A DNA stretch of 45,220 bases from Chloroflexaceae bacterium (GTDB taxonomy: Bacteria; Chloroflexota; Chloroflexia; Chloroflexales; Chloroflexaceae). Every line of letters begins with the position of its first letter. Positions within the stretch are counted from its first letter, which is position 1. This document shows positions 43,736-45,220 of the stretch, piece by piece. The stretch is from the NCBI GenBank assembly GCA_034434655.1, contig DAOTYR010000147.1, forward strand, positions 1 through 45,220, in the 5' to 3' direction. The notes beneath the pieces were generated by a model. That model worked only from the letters and a program-made list of their open reading frames with translations, made no database searches and was not told where the DNA came from. The position numbers were made by a program, and so were the translations under genes.

Positions 43736-45214
43736 TGGTCCTCGAAACTCCAGCACCCCATCGTTGATGGGGCCAAAGCGCAGGCTCAACAGATCGAGCA
43801 AGTAGTTCTGGTAGAGTTTCCACGGCTTCTTCACACCCTGGCGCGGCAGCCTGTCGAGGGCGCGCAGCACGTAGCCCGAGGTGAAGTCGAGCGCCGGAAC
43901 CGTGCCGAGATTCGGATCGCGCCGGCGGGGCGTACACTGGCGATAGCCGTGGCGCTCCATGTAGTTGAGCAGGCGGCAGACATAGGCGGCGGTCAATTCG
44001 CACTTCAGCGTCCAGGAGGCGTTGGTGTAGCCGAAGGCCGAAGCCAGATTGGGGATGTCGCTGTACATCATGCCCTTGTAGCTGAGGGTGCTGGCAAGAT
44101 CCACCGGTCGCCCATCTACCACCAGTTCTGCGCCACCCATCAGTTTGATCACCAGCCCGGTGGCAGTCACGATCACATCGGCCTCAAGCTCGCGCCCCGA
44201 ACACAGGCGCAGGCCCCTCTCGGTGAAGGTGGCGATCTCATCGGTGACCACCGTCGCCCGCCCCGAGCGAATGGCGCGAAACAGGTCGGCATCAGCGGCC
44301 AGGCACAGCCGCTGGTCCCAGGGATTGTAGCGCGGCGTGAAATGCGTGGCGACGTCGTAGCCGGGGCCGAGGTGTTGTTGGGCCATGCGGATGATCGCCT
44401 GCTTCGTGGCCCTGGGGAACCAGCGCGCCAGGTAGTAGAAGAGCATGTTGACCAACACCGCCTTCCAGCGGGTGGCCCGGGTGGCGAGCGCGGGAGGGAA
44501 TAGGCGTTGCAGCGCAAGGGCCACGCCATCCTCCGAGGGCCGCGCCAGCACATAGGTCGGCGAGCGCTGCAGCATCGTCACCTGCGCCCCCCTTTCGGCC
44601 AGCGCCGGCACCAGCGTGATCGCCGTGGCGCCGCTGCCGATCACCACGACGCACTTGCCACGATACTCCATGTCCTCCGGCCAGTGCTGCGGATGGACGA
44701 TCCGCCCGCCAAAGCGTTCCACGCCCGGCCAGTCAGGGGTGTAACCGCTGGCGTAGTCGTAGTAGCCGCTGCACATAAATAGAAAGGCGCAGGTGAAACG
44801 CAGCGGCGTCCCTTCCGGCCCCCGCTCGACCTCAACCGTCCAGCGGCCCTCGTCGGAGGACCAGCTTGCCCGGCGCACGCGGTGCTGGAAGCGGATGTGG
44901 CGGTCGATGCCGAAGGCGCAGGCGGTTTCGCGGATGTAGCGCAGAATGCTCGGGCCATCGGCAATGGCCTTCTTTTCGCGCCAGGGGCGAAAGCTATAGC
45001 CCAGGGTATACATCTCCGAGTCCGAGCGCACCCCCGGATAGCGAAACAGATCCCAGGTGCCGCCAATAGTGTCGCGGGCCTCGAGGATGGCAAACCGCTG
45101 CGTGGGGCAGCGCGTTTGCAGGTAGTAGGCGGCGGCGATGCCGGAGAGTCCGGCGCCGACGATCAGGATATCAATGTGTTCAGGGTTCATAGTATGGTCC
45201 AGGTTTTGTAGCAT
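43730..45214 (-). CDS. Flavin-containing (Baeyer-Villiger type) monooxygenase
   Basis: The FAD motif is DILIVGAGLSGIAAAYYL. The FxGxxxHxxxW-like motif is FGGRIVHPQHW. The NADP motif is VVVIGSGATA. The start is the ATG at 45214 or 45190, close to the window edge. Confidence 0.8.
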   Translation of the reverse strand: MLQNLDHTMNPEHIDILIVGAGLSGIAAAYYLQTRCPTQRFAILEARDTIGGTWDLFRYPGVRSDSEMYTLGYSFRPWREKKAIADGPSILRYIRETACAFGIDRHIRFQHRVRRASWSSDEGRWTVEVERGPEGTPLRFTCAFLFMCSGYYDYASGYTPDWPGVERFGGRIVHPQHWPEDMEYRGKCVVVIGSGATAITLVPALAERGAQVTMLQRSPTYVLARPSEDGVALALQRLFPPALATRATRWKAVLVNMLFYYLARWFPRATKQAIIRMAQQHLGPGYDVATHFTPRYNPWDQRLCLAADADLFRAIRSGRATVVTDEIATFTERGLRLCSGRELEADVIVTATGLVIKLMGGAELVVDGRPVDLASTLSYKGMMYSDIPNLASAFGYTNASWTLKCELTAAYVCRLLNYMERHGYRQCTPRRRDPNLGTVPALDFTSGYVLRALDRLPRQGVKKPWKLYQNYLLDLLSLRFGPINDGVLEFRGPE

Positions 45215-45220
45215 CTTCCT

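Overview
The window is a high-GC bacterial chromosomal segment. Spot counts on single 60-nt lines give about 68% G+C in the flanks. My guess of a Chloroflexota-like organism rests only on gene content and repeat style and is unverified.

The housekeeping backbone contains topA, a DUF123/GIY-YIG-like gene, purD, purN, a cytidine-deaminase-like gene paired with a P-loop kinase, tkt, larC with an alpha/beta hydrolase, and a DUF11 surface protein. It also holds a C25-type peptidase, a cell-wall amidase, a LysZ/ArgB-type kinase, a Ser/Thr kinase/PP2C/vWA/FHA signalling cluster, a CitE-like lyase and a flavin monooxygenase.

The backbone is interrupted at about 7.1-21.3 kb by a roughly 14-kb lower-GC island. 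Spot counts there are about 60% in the first three genes and about 33-50% in the last three. The island carries six co-directional, tightly packed genes:
- a DUF4007-like protein
- an 1145-aa P-loop ATPase
- a PAPS-reductase/PP-loop enzyme
- a 595-aa P-loop protein
- a 547-aa protein with no recognisable motif
- a 1702-aa giant with a C-terminal FtsK/SpoIIIE-type motor

From memory of the family architectures, this best matches an sspBCD-type DNA phosphorothioation module fused to a DndFGH/DptFGH/SspFGH-type restriction module. No cysteine desulfurase and no integrase or transposase is visible in the window.

Almost every intergenic region outside the island is filled with mosaic GC-rich palindromic repeats (GGGGAAACCGGGTTTCCCC and compensated variants). 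These generate many spurious ORFs with 'GKPGFP'-type peptides. Repeat features of note:
- a 3 x ~190-bp tandem array
- a 116-nt MITE-like element in two copies, one caught as a filled site whose empty site is also in the window
- a heptad-phased AATCNNN motif ending in an extended -10-like TGGTATAAG box, present three times

I found no rRNA, tRNA or CRISPR array.
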